A DNA stretch of 64,000 nt from an uncultured Verrucomicrobiales bacterium (lineage in GTDB: Bacteria; Verrucomicrobiota; Verrucomicrobiia; Limisphaerales; Palsa-1400). Both the position numbers and the translations under genes were made by a program. How positions within the stretch are numbered: position 1 is the first letter of the stretch; each line of letters starts with the position of its first letter. This document shows positions 17,862 through 26,937 of the stretch, piece by piece. The stretch is taken from contig CAIUEN010000364.1 of the NCBI GenBank assembly GCA_903898185.1, positions 13,394 to 77,393 on the forward strand, written 5' to 3'. Under the pieces are notes generated by a model. It did not search any database. It saw nothing but the letters and a program-made list of their open reading frames with translations, and was not told the DNA's origin.

Positions 17862-17899
17862 AAAGCCCGCTGTTTCAGTCGAAACGGCGGGCTTTTTTC
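17862..17899 (+). terminator. rho-independent terminator after the cytochrome gene
   Basis: AAAGCCCGCTGTTTC-AGTC-GAAACGGCGGGCTTT forms a 15-bp stem with one mismatch, followed by a T-run (GCTTTTTTCA). It starts 28 nt after the stop codon. Confidence 0.7.
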
Positions 17900-17910
17900 A
17901 TTGGCTCATG

Positions 17911-18006
17911 GTAACAATTCAGGTCGGAGGGAGAAATCAGAGTCTCGCTGACGCTCGCCGGGGGAAGGGGCACAGGCAAGGATGCCTATGCTACCTTAAT
18001 AGTTAC
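17911..18006 (-). mobile_element. family-A MITE copy A4
   Basis: The copy reads GTAACAATTCAGGTCGGAGGGAGAAATCAGAGTCTCGCTGACGCTCGCCGG...GGCAAGGATGCCTATGCTACCTTAATAGTTAC. The flanking 8-mers GGCTCATG and GGCTGATA match at 6 of 8 positions. Confidence 0.85.
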
Positions 18007-18014
18007 GGCTGATA

Positions 18015-19871
18015 TTACTCTACCGTCACGCTCTTGGCCAGATTGCGCGGCTTATCGACATCGCAACCGCGGATCACAGCAATATGATAGGCCAGCAATT
18101 GGAGCGGAATCACCCCCAGCAACGGGAAGAGCGGGTCGAGCGTGCTCGGGACATAAATAACGTCATCGGCTTTCCTCGCTATCTGCTCGTCGCCTTCCGT
18201 TGCGATGGCAATCACAGGACCTTTGCGCGCCTTGATTTCCTCGATATTGCTGAATGTCTTTTCGTAAAGCGCATCGCGCGGGGCCACGAAAACGCTTGGA
18301 GTCTTCTCATCGATCAACGCGATTGGCCCGTGCTTCATCTCGGCCGCCGGATAACCTTCCGCGTGAATGTAGGATATTTCCTTAAGTTTGAGCGCGCCTT
18401 CCAGCGCGACCGGAAAGTTGTAGCCCCGACCAAGGAATAGAAAATCGGCGCAATCGGCGTATTTTGCGGCAATGCGTTGGATATTCTGGTTTTGTTTGAG
18501 CGTCAAGGTGATCAGATCGGGAATCGCCTCCAGCGCCTTGATGACGGCATGGGCCCGATGAGGGGAGAGGTTTCGGATACGGCCCATCAAAAGGGCCAGC
18601 AGGCTCAGGACGGCCACCTGTGACGTGAATGCCTTGGTTGAAGCGACTCCAATTTCCGGTCCAGCGTGCAGGTAAATGCCGCCGTCGGATTCCCGCGCAA
18701 TGGTGCTGCCGACCACGTTGCAGATGGAGAGCACCTTGTGCCCGCGCCGCCGGGCCTCGCGCAGTCCGGCCAAGGTATCCAGTGTTTCGCCGCTTTGCGT
18801 GATCGCCAAAATAAGCGTGTGTTTGTCAAGAGGCGCGTTGCGGTAACGAAATTCGCTGCTGTATTCGACTTCTGTCGGGATTTGCGCAAATTCCTCCATT
18901 AAATACTCGCCGACCAGCCCCGCGTGCCAGCTTGTGCCGCAGGCGGTGATGACTACACGGTCCACTTCGCGCAATTCGGCGGTCGTCAGGTTAAGCCCGC
19001 CAAAGCGCGGCATGGCGTCGTCGTGATCAATGCGTCCGCGCAGAGCGTTCTCCAGCGAGCGCGATTGCTCAAAAATCTCCTTCAGCATGTAATGCGCAAA
19101 TCCGCCCCGTTCCGCCGCCTCCGCGTCAAATTCAATCTGGCTGATTTGCAGCGCCGGGGTGTTTGATCCCAGGCTGGTGTGGCTATAGGAATCGCGCGTC
19201 AACGTGACCACATCGTAGTCGTTGAGGTAAATAACCTGCCGCGTGTGGGCAACGATGGCATTAGCGTCGCTGGCCAGGAAATTCTCGCCGTTGCCAACGC
19301 CGACAATCAGCGGTGACCCGCGTCGCGCGCCGATCATAATATCTGGATGATCACAACTGATCACGGCGATTCCATAGGTGCCGATGACTTCCTTGAGGGC
19401 ATTGACCACCGCCTGGGTGAGAGGATGCATCCCGGTCGCTGGGGCGGCGGACGCCTTCTCATAATGCTCGCCGATCAAATGGGCCAGAACTTCGGTATCT
19501 GTTACAGACTTAAACGTGTGTCCGCAGGCAATGAGCCGCTGCTTGAGACGATCGTAGTTTTCAATCACGCCGTTATGCACCAGCGCAATGCGCCCCGATT
19601 GGTCAAGGTGCGGGTGAGCGTTCTCATCAGTCGGCGATCCGTGCGTGGCCCAGCGGGTGTGGCTGATGCCAACAACGCCTTCCATCGGTTCCTGCTGCAC
19701 GCGCTCGGCGAGCTTCTCGACGCGGCCTGCGCACTTGCGCAAAAGCAACGAACCGTTTGTGATCGTACATACTCCAGAGGAGTCATATCCACGGTATTCC
19801 AGCCGCCGCAAACCCTCAATCAGAATAGGAGCGGCGTTTTTTTGACCAATATATCCAACGATGCCACACAT
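18015..19871 (-). CDS. glmS: glutamine--fructose-6-phosphate aminotransferase GlmS
   Basis: 618 aa. It starts MCGIVGYIG, has two SIS domains and ends with the canonical ...KPRNLAKSVTVE. Confidence 0.97.
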   Translation of the reverse strand: MCGIVGYIGQKNAAPILIEGLRRLEYRGYDSSGVCTITNGSLLLRKCAGRVEKLAERVQQEPMEGVVGISHTRWATHGSPTDENAHPHLDQSGRIALVHNGVIENYDRLKQRLIACGHTFKSVTDTEVLAHLIGEHYEKASAAPATGMHPLTQAVVNALKEVIGTYGIAVISCDHPDIMIGARRGSPLIVGVGNGENFLASDANAIVAHTRQVIYLNDYDVVTLTRDSYSHTSLGSNTPALQISQIEFDAEAAERGGFAHYMLKEIFEQSRSLENALRGRIDHDDAMPRFGGLNLTTAELREVDRVVITACGTSWHAGLVGEYLMEEFAQIPTEVEYSSEFRYRNAPLDKHTLILAITQSGETLDTLAGLREARRRGHKVLSICNVVGSTIARESDGGIYLHAGPEIGVASTKAFTSQVAVLSLLALLMGRIRNLSPHRAHAVIKALEAIPDLITLTLKQNQNIQRIAAKYADCADFLFLGRGYNFPVALEGALKLKEISYIHAEGYPAAEMKHGPIALIDEKTPSVFVAPRDALYEKTFSNIEEIKARKGPVIAIATEGDEQIARKADDVIYVPSTLDPLFPLLGVIPLQLLAYHIAVIRGCDVDKPRNLAKSVTVE

Positions 19872-20129
19872 AAAACAGTTCAGTCAGGCGCGCCATGTCC
19901 CGGCCCCATGAAATAACAGCCGGCAAATCGCATTCGCGCTCCGGCCCCGGGAAATCCCCTGTTCGCACCGGGTTATATTAAGTTAGCTATGTTGGTGCTG
20001 GCAAGGAGGGAATCCAGCGATTTTGCATCATGGTGTGAAAAAGTCGGACACATGATTTTTCCCGTGCGTTTCATAATACCAAGTGTATCCTTGCTGAAGA
20101 CTGAATAGCCTGCAAAGTGTGGGCACTGA

Positions 20130-20732
20130 TTGGATGCTCTAACCCTGAAAACCAGCAAACTTTCCTTGGGATTATTTGGCGGTTCATTTGACCCTGTGCA
20201 TCTGGGACACTTGCTCGTGACGCAAGCGGCCCGGGAGGAGTTGTCGCTGTACCGGATTTTTTTTATTCCGACGGCGCAATCGCCGTTCAAGCCATCCACG
20301 CCACCGATCCCAGCCTCCGAGCGTCTTCGTTTGCTCCGCTTGGCGTTGGCAGGCGAGACCCGGACGGAGATTGATACCCAGGAACTTGATCGAGGCGGCG
20401 TCTCTTACACGGTTGATACCCTCCGACATTACTCCAGTTTGTTCCCCAACAGTGCGCTCTATTACCTGATCGGTGCCGACCACGCTGCGCAGCTATCCAA
20501 ATGGCGCGAAGCGGACGAACTCGCGCGCTTGGCTGAGTTTATAGTCATCCCTCGACCTGGTGGCGGAGCGCCAGATCTGCCGCCCCCCTTCCGGGGACGA
20601 ACACTGACAGGTTTTTCCATGGCCGTCTCGTCATCTCAAATCCGGGCGCGCATCCGGTCCGGCCAGCGCATTAATCACCTGGTTCCCGCCGCCGTGGCCG
20701 AAGCCATTGGAAATAATCGGCTTTATCTTTAG
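20130..20732 (+). CDS. nadD: nicotinate-nucleotide adenylyltransferase NadD
   Basis: 200 aa with GLFGGSFDPVHLGH, ...SYTVDTL... and ...ISSSQIR... motifs. Confidence 0.9.
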   Translation: MDALTLKTSKLSLGLFGGSFDPVHLGHLLVTQAAREELSLYRIFFIPTAQSPFKPSTPPIPASERLRLLRLALAGETRTEIDTQELDRGGVSYTVDTLRHYSSLFPNSALYYLIGADHAAQLSKWREADELARLAEFIVIPRPGGGAPDLPPPFRGRTLTGFSMAVSSSQIRARIRSGQRINHLVPAAVAEAIGNNRLYL

Positions 20733-20758
20733 CCCACTTGCGGTATAGTAACGTAATT

Positions 20759-20852
20759 CGTAAGTTCGTGAGTCGGATTGACGCTCATTTTACCCAGTAA
20801 AATGACAGTCCAACCGATTCACGAATTTACGAATTACGGTAATTGTAGCTTT
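20759..20852. repeat. family-E palindromic repeat, copy E2 (about 30-bp terminal inverted repeats)
   Basis: ACGTAATTCGTAAGTTCGTGAGTCGGATTG (20761-20790) pairs with CAACCGATTCACGAATTTACGAATTACGGT (20821-20850). It is related to 9395-9489. Confidence 0.7.
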
Positions 20853-20867
20853 TAGATCATAGAAAAA

Positions 20868-21362
20868 ATGGATTCACGAAAACTGGCATTGTTATGCCGC
20901 GACTTGGCGGATAATAAAAAAGCCGAAAACATTCTTGTCCTGGACGTCAGGAAACTGTCATCAATTACCGACTACTTTGTGCTGGCCTCGGGCTCGACTG
21001 AGCCGCATCTGCGCGCCATTGTATCGGAAATCACAGATCGCCTGCGCAAAGAGCACGAGTTGCGCCCGCACGCCGTTGAAGGAGAATTGCAAACGCCGTG
21101 GCAGGTGATTGATTACTTCGATGTCATTGTGCATGTCATGCGCAACGATGTGCGCGCGAAATACGATCTGGAAACCCTCTGGGGCGACGCTCCACGCGTG
21201 AAATCGGAAGTCGAGATCGCCGAAACGCCCGCACCCAAGCCCGTCCGCAAGCCACGCGCACCCAAAACACCCAAGGCGGCCACCGTGTTTAAGGGGTTCA
21301 AAATCAAACGCACTCGGAAGAAAATAACCCGTGACAAAAGCTCGGAAATCTCTCCTGAATGA
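20868..21362 (+). CDS. rsfS: ribosome silencing factor RsfS (iojap-like) with a basic C-terminal extension
   Basis: The core reads ENILVLDVRKLSSITDYFVLASGSTEPHLRAI...WQVIDYFDVIVHVM...YDLETLWGDAP. It is followed by about 50 extra Lys/Pro-rich residues. The stop overlaps the mtnA start (ATGA at 21359-21362). Confidence 0.85.
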   Translation: MDSRKLALLCRDLADNKKAENILVLDVRKLSSITDYFVLASGSTEPHLRAIVSEITDRLRKEHELRPHAVEGELQTPWQVIDYFDVIVHVMRNDVRAKYDLETLWGDAPRVKSEVEIAETPAPKPVRKPRAPKTPKAATVFKGFKIKRTRKKITRDKSSEISPE

Positions 21363-22462
21363 ACGTCACCATTGACAAACAGACACGCCACTACCGCACC
21401 GTCACCTTTGACGCCGCGACCAATTCTGTTCGCCTGATCGAGCAGCGTCTCCTTCCGCACGAATTCAAAATCATCAGCACGGCGAATTACCGGGAAACAG
21501 CCCAAGCGATCAAAGACATGGTAGTGCGCGGAGCTGGCGCGATCGGCGCAACGGCGGCGTATGGACTGGCACAGGGCGCGCGGGCTTTTCGAGGCGGCAA
21601 CCTTGTCCGGTTCAAGAGCCATGTCGAGGCAGTCTTCTTAACGCTCAAGAGCGCCCGTCCAACAGCGGTCGATCCCGTCAATGCCATGAACGGCGTCCTC
21701 CGGATTATGGCCAGCGGTGAGAATGTTGAGGAACAGCAGGCGCTGGCCTTGGCTGCGTCCGAGGATTTCGCCAATAACGATGTCCGGCACTGCGCCGAAA
21801 TTGGCCAGCACGGGGTTAAACTCATCCACGACGGGATGCGCATCCTCACCCATTGCAACGCAGGCTGGCTGGCGTTTGTCGATATCGGTTCTGCCACCGC
21901 GCCAATCTACGCCGCCCAAAAAGTCGGCGTTCAATTTCATGTCTTCTGCGATGAAACCCGTCCGCGCTCCCAAGGCGCCACGCTGACCGCCTGGGAATTG
22001 GCGCAACAGGGCGTCTCGCATCAAATCATCGCCGACAACGCCGCTGGCCATCTCATGCAACGCGGTGAGATCGACATGGTCATCGTTGGCAGCGACCGCA
22101 CGCTTGGACGCACCGGCGATGTCGCCAACAAAATCGGCACCTACACCAAGGCGGTGCTCGCCAAACGGCACGGAATTCCATTCTACGTCGCAATCCCTCT
22201 ATCAACCATAGACTGGGAGATGGAATCCGGAGCGAAGATCCCGATTGAGGAACGCGATCAAAACGAGGTTCTGGGAGCTTGGGGAATGGTCAAAACCCGT
22301 AGCGTTACCCATTTCGCCTATTCCCGCGTCGCCAATCCGACCAGTGGCGCCCGCAATCCCGGCTTCGATGTCACCCCGCCCGACCTCATCACCGGCATTA
22401 TCACTCCCGCTGGCATTTTCAAGCCAAAGGAACTCTGGAAGAATCGAAAAACGCTGGGGTAG
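21359..22462 (+). CDS. mtnA: S-methyl-5-thioribose-1-phosphate isomerase MtnA (eIF-2B alpha/beta/delta family)
   Basis: 367 aa with LLPHEFKIISTANYRETAQAIKDMVVRGAGAIGATAAYGLA, ...THCNAG..., ...ETRP..QGA.LTAWEL... and ...GSDR...GD.ANKIGTY... motifs. Confidence 0.85.
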   Translation: MNVTIDKQTRHYRTVTFDAATNSVRLIEQRLLPHEFKIISTANYRETAQAIKDMVVRGAGAIGATAAYGLAQGARAFRGGNLVRFKSHVEAVFLTLKSARPTAVDPVNAMNGVLRIMASGENVEEQQALALAASEDFANNDVRHCAEIGQHGVKLIHDGMRILTHCNAGWLAFVDIGSATAPIYAAQKVGVQFHVFCDETRPRSQGATLTAWELAQQGVSHQIIADNAAGHLMQRGEIDMVIVGSDRTLGRTGDVANKIGTYTKAVLAKRHGIPFYVAIPLSTIDWEMESGAKIPIEERDQNEVLGAWGMVKTRSVTHFAYSRVANPTSGARNPGFDVTPPDLITGIITPAGIFKPKELWKNRKTLG

Positions 22463-22467
22463 TTTGA

Positions 22468-24609
22468 CTACCAAGAATTCTTTTCATCCAGGCAATCGCG
22501 AACCATGCCGGCCAGTTTCTCGGGGGAATAAGGCTTCTGGATGAACTTGAACGACTCGCTTGAATGGGGTTCGTTTTCGGCGATGACTGTTGTGCTCATG
22601 CCGCTGGTGAGGATGACCTTGAGCTTCGGCTTCATGGATCGAAGCATCGTTGCAAGCTGTCTCCCGCTCATCCCATCGGGCATGCTGATGTCGCTGAGAA
22701 GGAGTTTGATTTGAACCTGATCTTGAGACCAGATGTTCAGCGCCTCGGCGCTGTTGGATGCTTCCAGCACGCGATAGCCGTATTGTTCCAAAACCCGACG
22801 CAACAATCTGCGCACGGGAGGTTCATCTTCCACCAGCAAAACGGTCTCATTTCCGTGCAATCCTTTGGCAGGGCCGACTGATGCGGTAGGTTCCAAGTTC
22901 TTACTGGCCGGCAGAATGACGTTGAATGTCGATCCAACACCCACCTTGCTTGATACTTCGATCCAACCTTGGAGTTCCTTGACAATACCATAGACAGTGG
23001 CCAGCCCCAAGCCACTCCCCTTTCCGGCCTCCTTGGTGGTGAAAAATGGCTCAAAAATCCTTCGCTGAAGTTGCTCATCCATTCCGCAACCGGTATCGGT
23101 CACGCTAAGGCAAACAAAGCGTCCAACAGATGCCTCCGGGTTTTGCGCAACCTTATTGGACTCGACATCAATCAACCCTGTACAAATGGTCAACTGCCCA
23201 CTGTGACTCATCGCGTCGCGAGCATTGAGGGCCAAGTTAAGAATAATTTGCTCAACTTCCAGCGCGTCAGCATAAATCAAGGGAGGTTCCTCCGCAAAAC
23301 GACATTCCAGTCGGATATGCTCGCCTATCATCGGAGGCAGCATCGCCTGCAATTGCAGAAGCATGTCGTTCAGATTGAGAATTTTCAACTGGGTCATCTG
23401 CTTGCGTCCAAAGGTCAGCAACTGGCGGGTGAAACTGGCTCCTCGCTGGGAGGCGCTCATGACCTGCGTAAGCGAATCATGAATTCCCGTATCCAACCCC
23501 TCGGTTTCCATGATCAGCCCGACATATCCCTGCACAATGGAAAGGATATTGTTGAAATGATGCGCCACGCCCGATGCCAACTGCCCAACAGCCTCGAGTT
23601 TTTGCGAGTGCCGTAACTGGTTTTCCAAGCTGATCCGCTCCGATATGTCGTGAATGATGATCATCGCGCATGAATCGGAGCCCAAGTTGAAAAACTCGAT
23701 TGATACCAAGGCATTTCGGATCGTGCCTGTTTTTGTTCTAAACCGGCATTCCAGATCCCGCACGGGCAGTCTGCGTCCCAACAACTGAGTTACCTCCTGC
23801 CATTGCGCTTCATCCTGCCAGATGCCCAGTTCGAAGCTGGTATGTTGAATCACTTCGTCGCGAACAAATCCCATCATCTTCAAAAATGCGGCGTTGACAT
23901 CAATATGACGGTGATCTCTGACAGTCTGGATGGCCATTGGCAGAGGGCTCGCCGCAAATGCCTTTGAGAACCGCTCCTCCGAATGCCGCAACGCGGTTTC
24001 AATGCGCGTTTTGTCCGCAATTTCCAAGGTCAATTGCGCGTTGGACAATTGCAGTTCCAATGTTCGCGTATTGACCATCGCGTCCAAGTTGTCCAACCGA
24101 TGCTGAACCTGGCGGGTAAGACGCCATTTTTCGCTCAGTGAATGCGCCAACTGCACGACTTCGACAGTATCAAACGGCTTCTTGAGAATAACGAGGTTTT
24201 GAGTTCTACCCAAAACCCTGAAAATGTCTTCCCAAGCGTAGTCTGAGTAAGCGGTGCAAATGACGATTTGAATTTGGGGATCAACCTTCCAAAGCTCCGT
24301 GATGGTTTGCACGCCGTCCCAGCCTGGGGGCATCCGCACATCCACAAAGGCGACTGCGTAGTGCTGATTCTCCGCCGCAGACCGCTGAACCAATGCCAGG
24401 GCTTCTTGGCCTTGGTAAGCTGAATCAACCTCAAACAAGCAGCCCGGAGCAGGGGTGACGGCTTCTCCAAAAAGAGATGCCTCCACACGCTCAAGAGCGC
24501 GATGGGCGCTCACATCAAGACAGAGAATTTTGCGAAAATCGCCATGAATCGAGGTATTGTCGTCCACGATCAAGAGACGATGATTGCTGGCAACGGACGC
24601 TTGGTTCAT
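22468..24609 (-). CDS. hybrid histidine kinase: receiver - PAS - HisKA - HATPase_c - receiver
   Basis: 713 aa. The N-terminal REC reads LLIVDDNTSIH...FVDVRMPPGWDG...KKPF. A PAS module follows, then an H-box (ASGVAHHFNNIL), an ATPase (DTGCGM...GSGLGL) and a C-terminal REC (VLLVEDEPPVR...LLLSDISMPDGMSG...KPY). Its ATG overlaps the upstream kinase stop (ATGA at 24606-24609). Confidence 0.9.
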   Translation of the reverse strand: MNQASVASNHRLLIVDDNTSIHGDFRKILCLDVSAHRALERVEASLFGEAVTPAPGCLFEVDSAYQGQEALALVQRSAAENQHYAVAFVDVRMPPGWDGVQTITELWKVDPQIQIVICTAYSDYAWEDIFRVLGRTQNLVILKKPFDTVEVVQLAHSLSEKWRLTRQVQHRLDNLDAMVNTRTLELQLSNAQLTLEIADKTRIETALRHSEERFSKAFAASPLPMAIQTVRDHRHIDVNAAFLKMMGFVRDEVIQHTSFELGIWQDEAQWQEVTQLLGRRLPVRDLECRFRTKTGTIRNALVSIEFFNLGSDSCAMIIIHDISERISLENQLRHSQKLEAVGQLASGVAHHFNNILSIVQGYVGLIMETEGLDTGIHDSLTQVMSASQRGASFTRQLLTFGRKQMTQLKILNLNDMLLQLQAMLPPMIGEHIRLECRFAEEPPLIYADALEVEQIILNLALNARDAMSHSGQLTICTGLIDVESNKVAQNPEASVGRFVCLSVTDTGCGMDEQLQRRIFEPFFTTKEAGKGSGLGLATVYGIVKELQGWIEVSSKVGVGSTFNVILPASKNLEPTASVGPAKGLHGNETVLLVEDEPPVRRLLRRVLEQYGYRVLEASNSAEALNIWSQDQVQIKLLLSDISMPDGMSGRQLATMLRSMKPKLKVILTSGMSTTVIAENEPHSSESFKFIQKPYSPEKLAGMVRDCLDEKNSW

Positions 24610-26171
24610 GCTTCAGTTCTTTTCTTATCGACAGGCAGTTCCAACACAAAAACAGCTCCCAAACCCTGTCCATCACTTTGAACGCTCAAAGAGCCTCCCA
24701 TTTCTTTGGCAGCTAATGCGCAACTATGCAAGCCAAACCCATGTCCATTCGTTTTGGTGGTGAACCCGTGGGCAAAAATGATCTGGAGGTTTTCCGGTGG
24801 AATCCCGATGCCCGTATCTCGAACCGTGATTTCCACCCGGTCAGATCCGCTGGGACGAACGCCAACGGTAATGCGCTTTTCCTTACCGTTCTCCTGCTCG
24901 ATGGCCTGCTTTGCATTGCGCAAAAGGTTGATCAGGATTTGCATAACCCGATGTTTGTCCACCAGCACCGGAGGCGACTGCTCAAACTGCTCAACCATTT
25001 CGATTCCATATTTGCCAAAAGTGCCGGAATTCATTTCAATAGCATCCCTTGCCACACTCACCGGATCCAGCGATTCGAGAAGTCCGGACACTTTCGCGTA
25101 GCTTTGCTGCGCCGCGACGATTTGTTTGATATGATTGATGGCCCGCCCCAGTGAATCGACCTCCTTGGCTTGGTCAGTCTGCTCACGTCGGAGGCGCGCG
25201 GCCAACTCGTAAAGCAGATTGGGAATAAGTTTGCCCTTGGAATCCGTGGTAATATAGCCCCCGAGGTTCTCTTTATGCTCTTGGAGAACCGTCACCACTT
25301 TTTCCAATGTCGATACTTTGGAGTTACGAAGCAACTCGCGGACGACGCAGACCGAAACATTGGCGCTATTGAGCACATTGCCCACGTTGTGCAAGACTCC
25401 CGTTGCAATTTCCGCCATGCCGGCCCGGCGCGAGGCATCGACCAGTTCCTTCTGCGATGACCGCAAGTCATTGTCCTTGGACTGAATCTGAGTTAACATC
25501 TGGTTGAAGGCGTCGGTCAATTTCCCAACTTCGTCGCGCCCCACCTTTTCAGCGCGCACGCTGTAATCGTTCTTCTCGGCAATCAGTTGCGCTGTCCCTG
25601 CCAGCTTCAGAATGGGTTCGGAGATGAATTGTTGAAACCGCATTGAAAGGAAAAAAGCCAGCAGCAAGGATGCCACGAGAACGGCGGGCAGAATGCCAGC
25701 ATACAGGCTGAGCAAGCCGAAAAGCTCACTATTGTAATCCGACCACAGTTGAACTGTCCCCAATCGCTTGCCGTCCAAATTAACCGGGCAGGAAAAGATT
25801 CGGTAAGAACCAACCGACCTCATGCCATCAGGAAAACGGTTGGTAACTTCAACCAAGCTTTGGTCAAAACCGAACTGGGCGAGACGCGAACCATCCAAGG
25901 CCAAAACATAGGCGCTGGCAATGTTCGGTTTCGCCTTCATCGATCCAAGCACCTCACGCGCAGTATCCTTGTCGTTATAGGTCAACGCGGCGGAGCTGTT
26001 GTCGGCAACAATGCGCGTCAGAGCTTCCAGATCACGCGCGAAGGTCCGCTGGAACGAGAGCGTCTGGAAAACGAACAAGACCGCGCATGCCATAACCAGA
26101 ACAGTGCCACAGGTTATAAGAATGGTACAAGTCACCTTGTGCCGCAGTGGCAGATTTTGCAGAAGTCGCAT
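24606..26171 (-). CDS. membrane sensor histidine kinase (TM - about 150-aa periplasmic domain - TM - HAMP - DHp - HATPase_c)
   Basis: I trimmed the ORF to the ATG at 26169-26171 (MRLLQNLPLRHKV...), 1 nt after the DUF4154 gene stop. The TMs are VTCTILITCGTVLVMACAVLFVF and LSLYAGILPAVLVASLLLAFFL. HAMP is at ...VGKLTDAFNQMLTQI. The H-box is GVLHNVGNVLNS and the ATPase is DTGIGI...GHGFGLH. Confidence 0.85.
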   Translation of the reverse strand: MRLLQNLPLRHKVTCTILITCGTVLVMACAVLFVFQTLSFQRTFARDLEALTRIVADNSSAALTYNDKDTAREVLGSMKAKPNIASAYVLALDGSRLAQFGFDQSLVEVTNRFPDGMRSVGSYRIFSCPVNLDGKRLGTVQLWSDYNSELFGLLSLYAGILPAVLVASLLLAFFLSMRFQQFISEPILKLAGTAQLIAEKNDYSVRAEKVGRDEVGKLTDAFNQMLTQIQSKDNDLRSSQKELVDASRRAGMAEIATGVLHNVGNVLNSANVSVCVVRELLRNSKVSTLEKVVTVLQEHKENLGGYITTDSKGKLIPNLLYELAARLRREQTDQAKEVDSLGRAINHIKQIVAAQQSYAKVSGLLESLDPVSVARDAIEMNSGTFGKYGIEMVEQFEQSPPVLVDKHRVMQILINLLRNAKQAIEQENGKEKRITVGVRPSGSDRVEITVRDTGIGIPPENLQIIFAHGFTTKTNGHGFGLHSCALAAKEMGGSLSVQSDGQGLGAVFVLELPVDKKRTEA

Positions 26172-26172
26172 C

Positions 26173-26922
26173 TCAGTTTTCTTTTTTTGCGTCCTCCACC
26201 TTGATGGCTTTGGGCAGACGCAAGAGTTTCGAACTAATCGCCAATCCGACGCGTTGAGCCCGGCTTGGATTGACCTCAAACCTGACATTCTTGTTCAACA
26301 CCACGAAGTTGATCATCCCTCCCTGCTGCGCAAAACCGTCGATTTCGCTCACCGTCAGAATCGGCGCTGATCCAACTCTCTCAAGTATCTCGCCAACCCG
26401 GCCCTTTAGACTGTGACTGACGAACAGGACGTGGCAACAATTAGGACTGTCTTTTTCTCCAAGGAGCTTAACCTCCAGTTTTCGGCCTTTGACCAATTCA
26501 CCGTTGACGGTCTGATCGAGCAGCGAGCCGAACGGATTCTCCCCAATGATGCCGATTGTGATTGGCGTTAAAGCGTCGGCAAAAGCTTTTTCCGGCCATT
26601 CCACGAATTTCGTAAAATTGAAAAGAAAAACTGCCTTGATCTGGTATTCCACTTCCGCCGCCGCAGGTTGCGATTGAGCTGTGACATCAGCCAGGCAGAA
26701 ATAACCCAATAGTATGAGCGCCAACACGCGTCGAGCCAAACCTGCTGAAAGATCATTCTGCCCGCTGTGCCTCTCCAAAATGGGCGCTCTAAATTCACCC
26801 CCTTGTGGGGCGTACCTCTGGTCTGCCCGTTCCCGGAGCCTCAGGGTCCGCGGACGCGGCGCTCGGGCCGCGTGAGTGCCCAAGCTCTCCGCCTTCCGAT
26901 TCATGGTTTCTGAAGATAGCAT
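26173..26922 (-). CDS. periplasmic DUF4154 / YfiR-like protein
   Basis: YQIKAVFLFNFTKFVEWP...ITIGIIGENPFG...CHVLFVS...ILTVSEIDGFAQQGGMINFVVLNKNVRFEVNPSRAQRVGLAISSKLLRL matches the DUF4154 pattern as I remember it. There is a signal-like segment (RRVLALILLGYFCLADVTAQS). The N-terminal boundary is uncertain. Confidence 0.8.
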   Translation of the reverse strand: MLSSETMNRKAESLGTHAARAPRPRTLRLRERADQRYAPQGGEFRAPILERHSGQNDLSAGLARRVLALILLGYFCLADVTAQSQPAAAEVEYQIKAVFLFNFTKFVEWPEKAFADALTPITIGIIGENPFGSLLDQTVNGELVKGRKLEVKLLGEKDSPNCCHVLFVSHSLKGRVGEILERVGSAPILTVSEIDGFAQQGGMINFVVLNKNVRFEVNPSRAQRVGLAISSKLLRLPKAIKVEDAKKEN

Positions 26923-26937
26923 ATTTGTTGGAGCTCC

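Noticed and set aside
19872-20129. A possible glmS ribozyme upstream of glmS.
   Set aside because: I could not find the conserved glmS ribozyme core in the 5' region on the minus strand, and this ribozyme is mainly a Gram-positive feature. Only a cmsearch run could fully exclude it.
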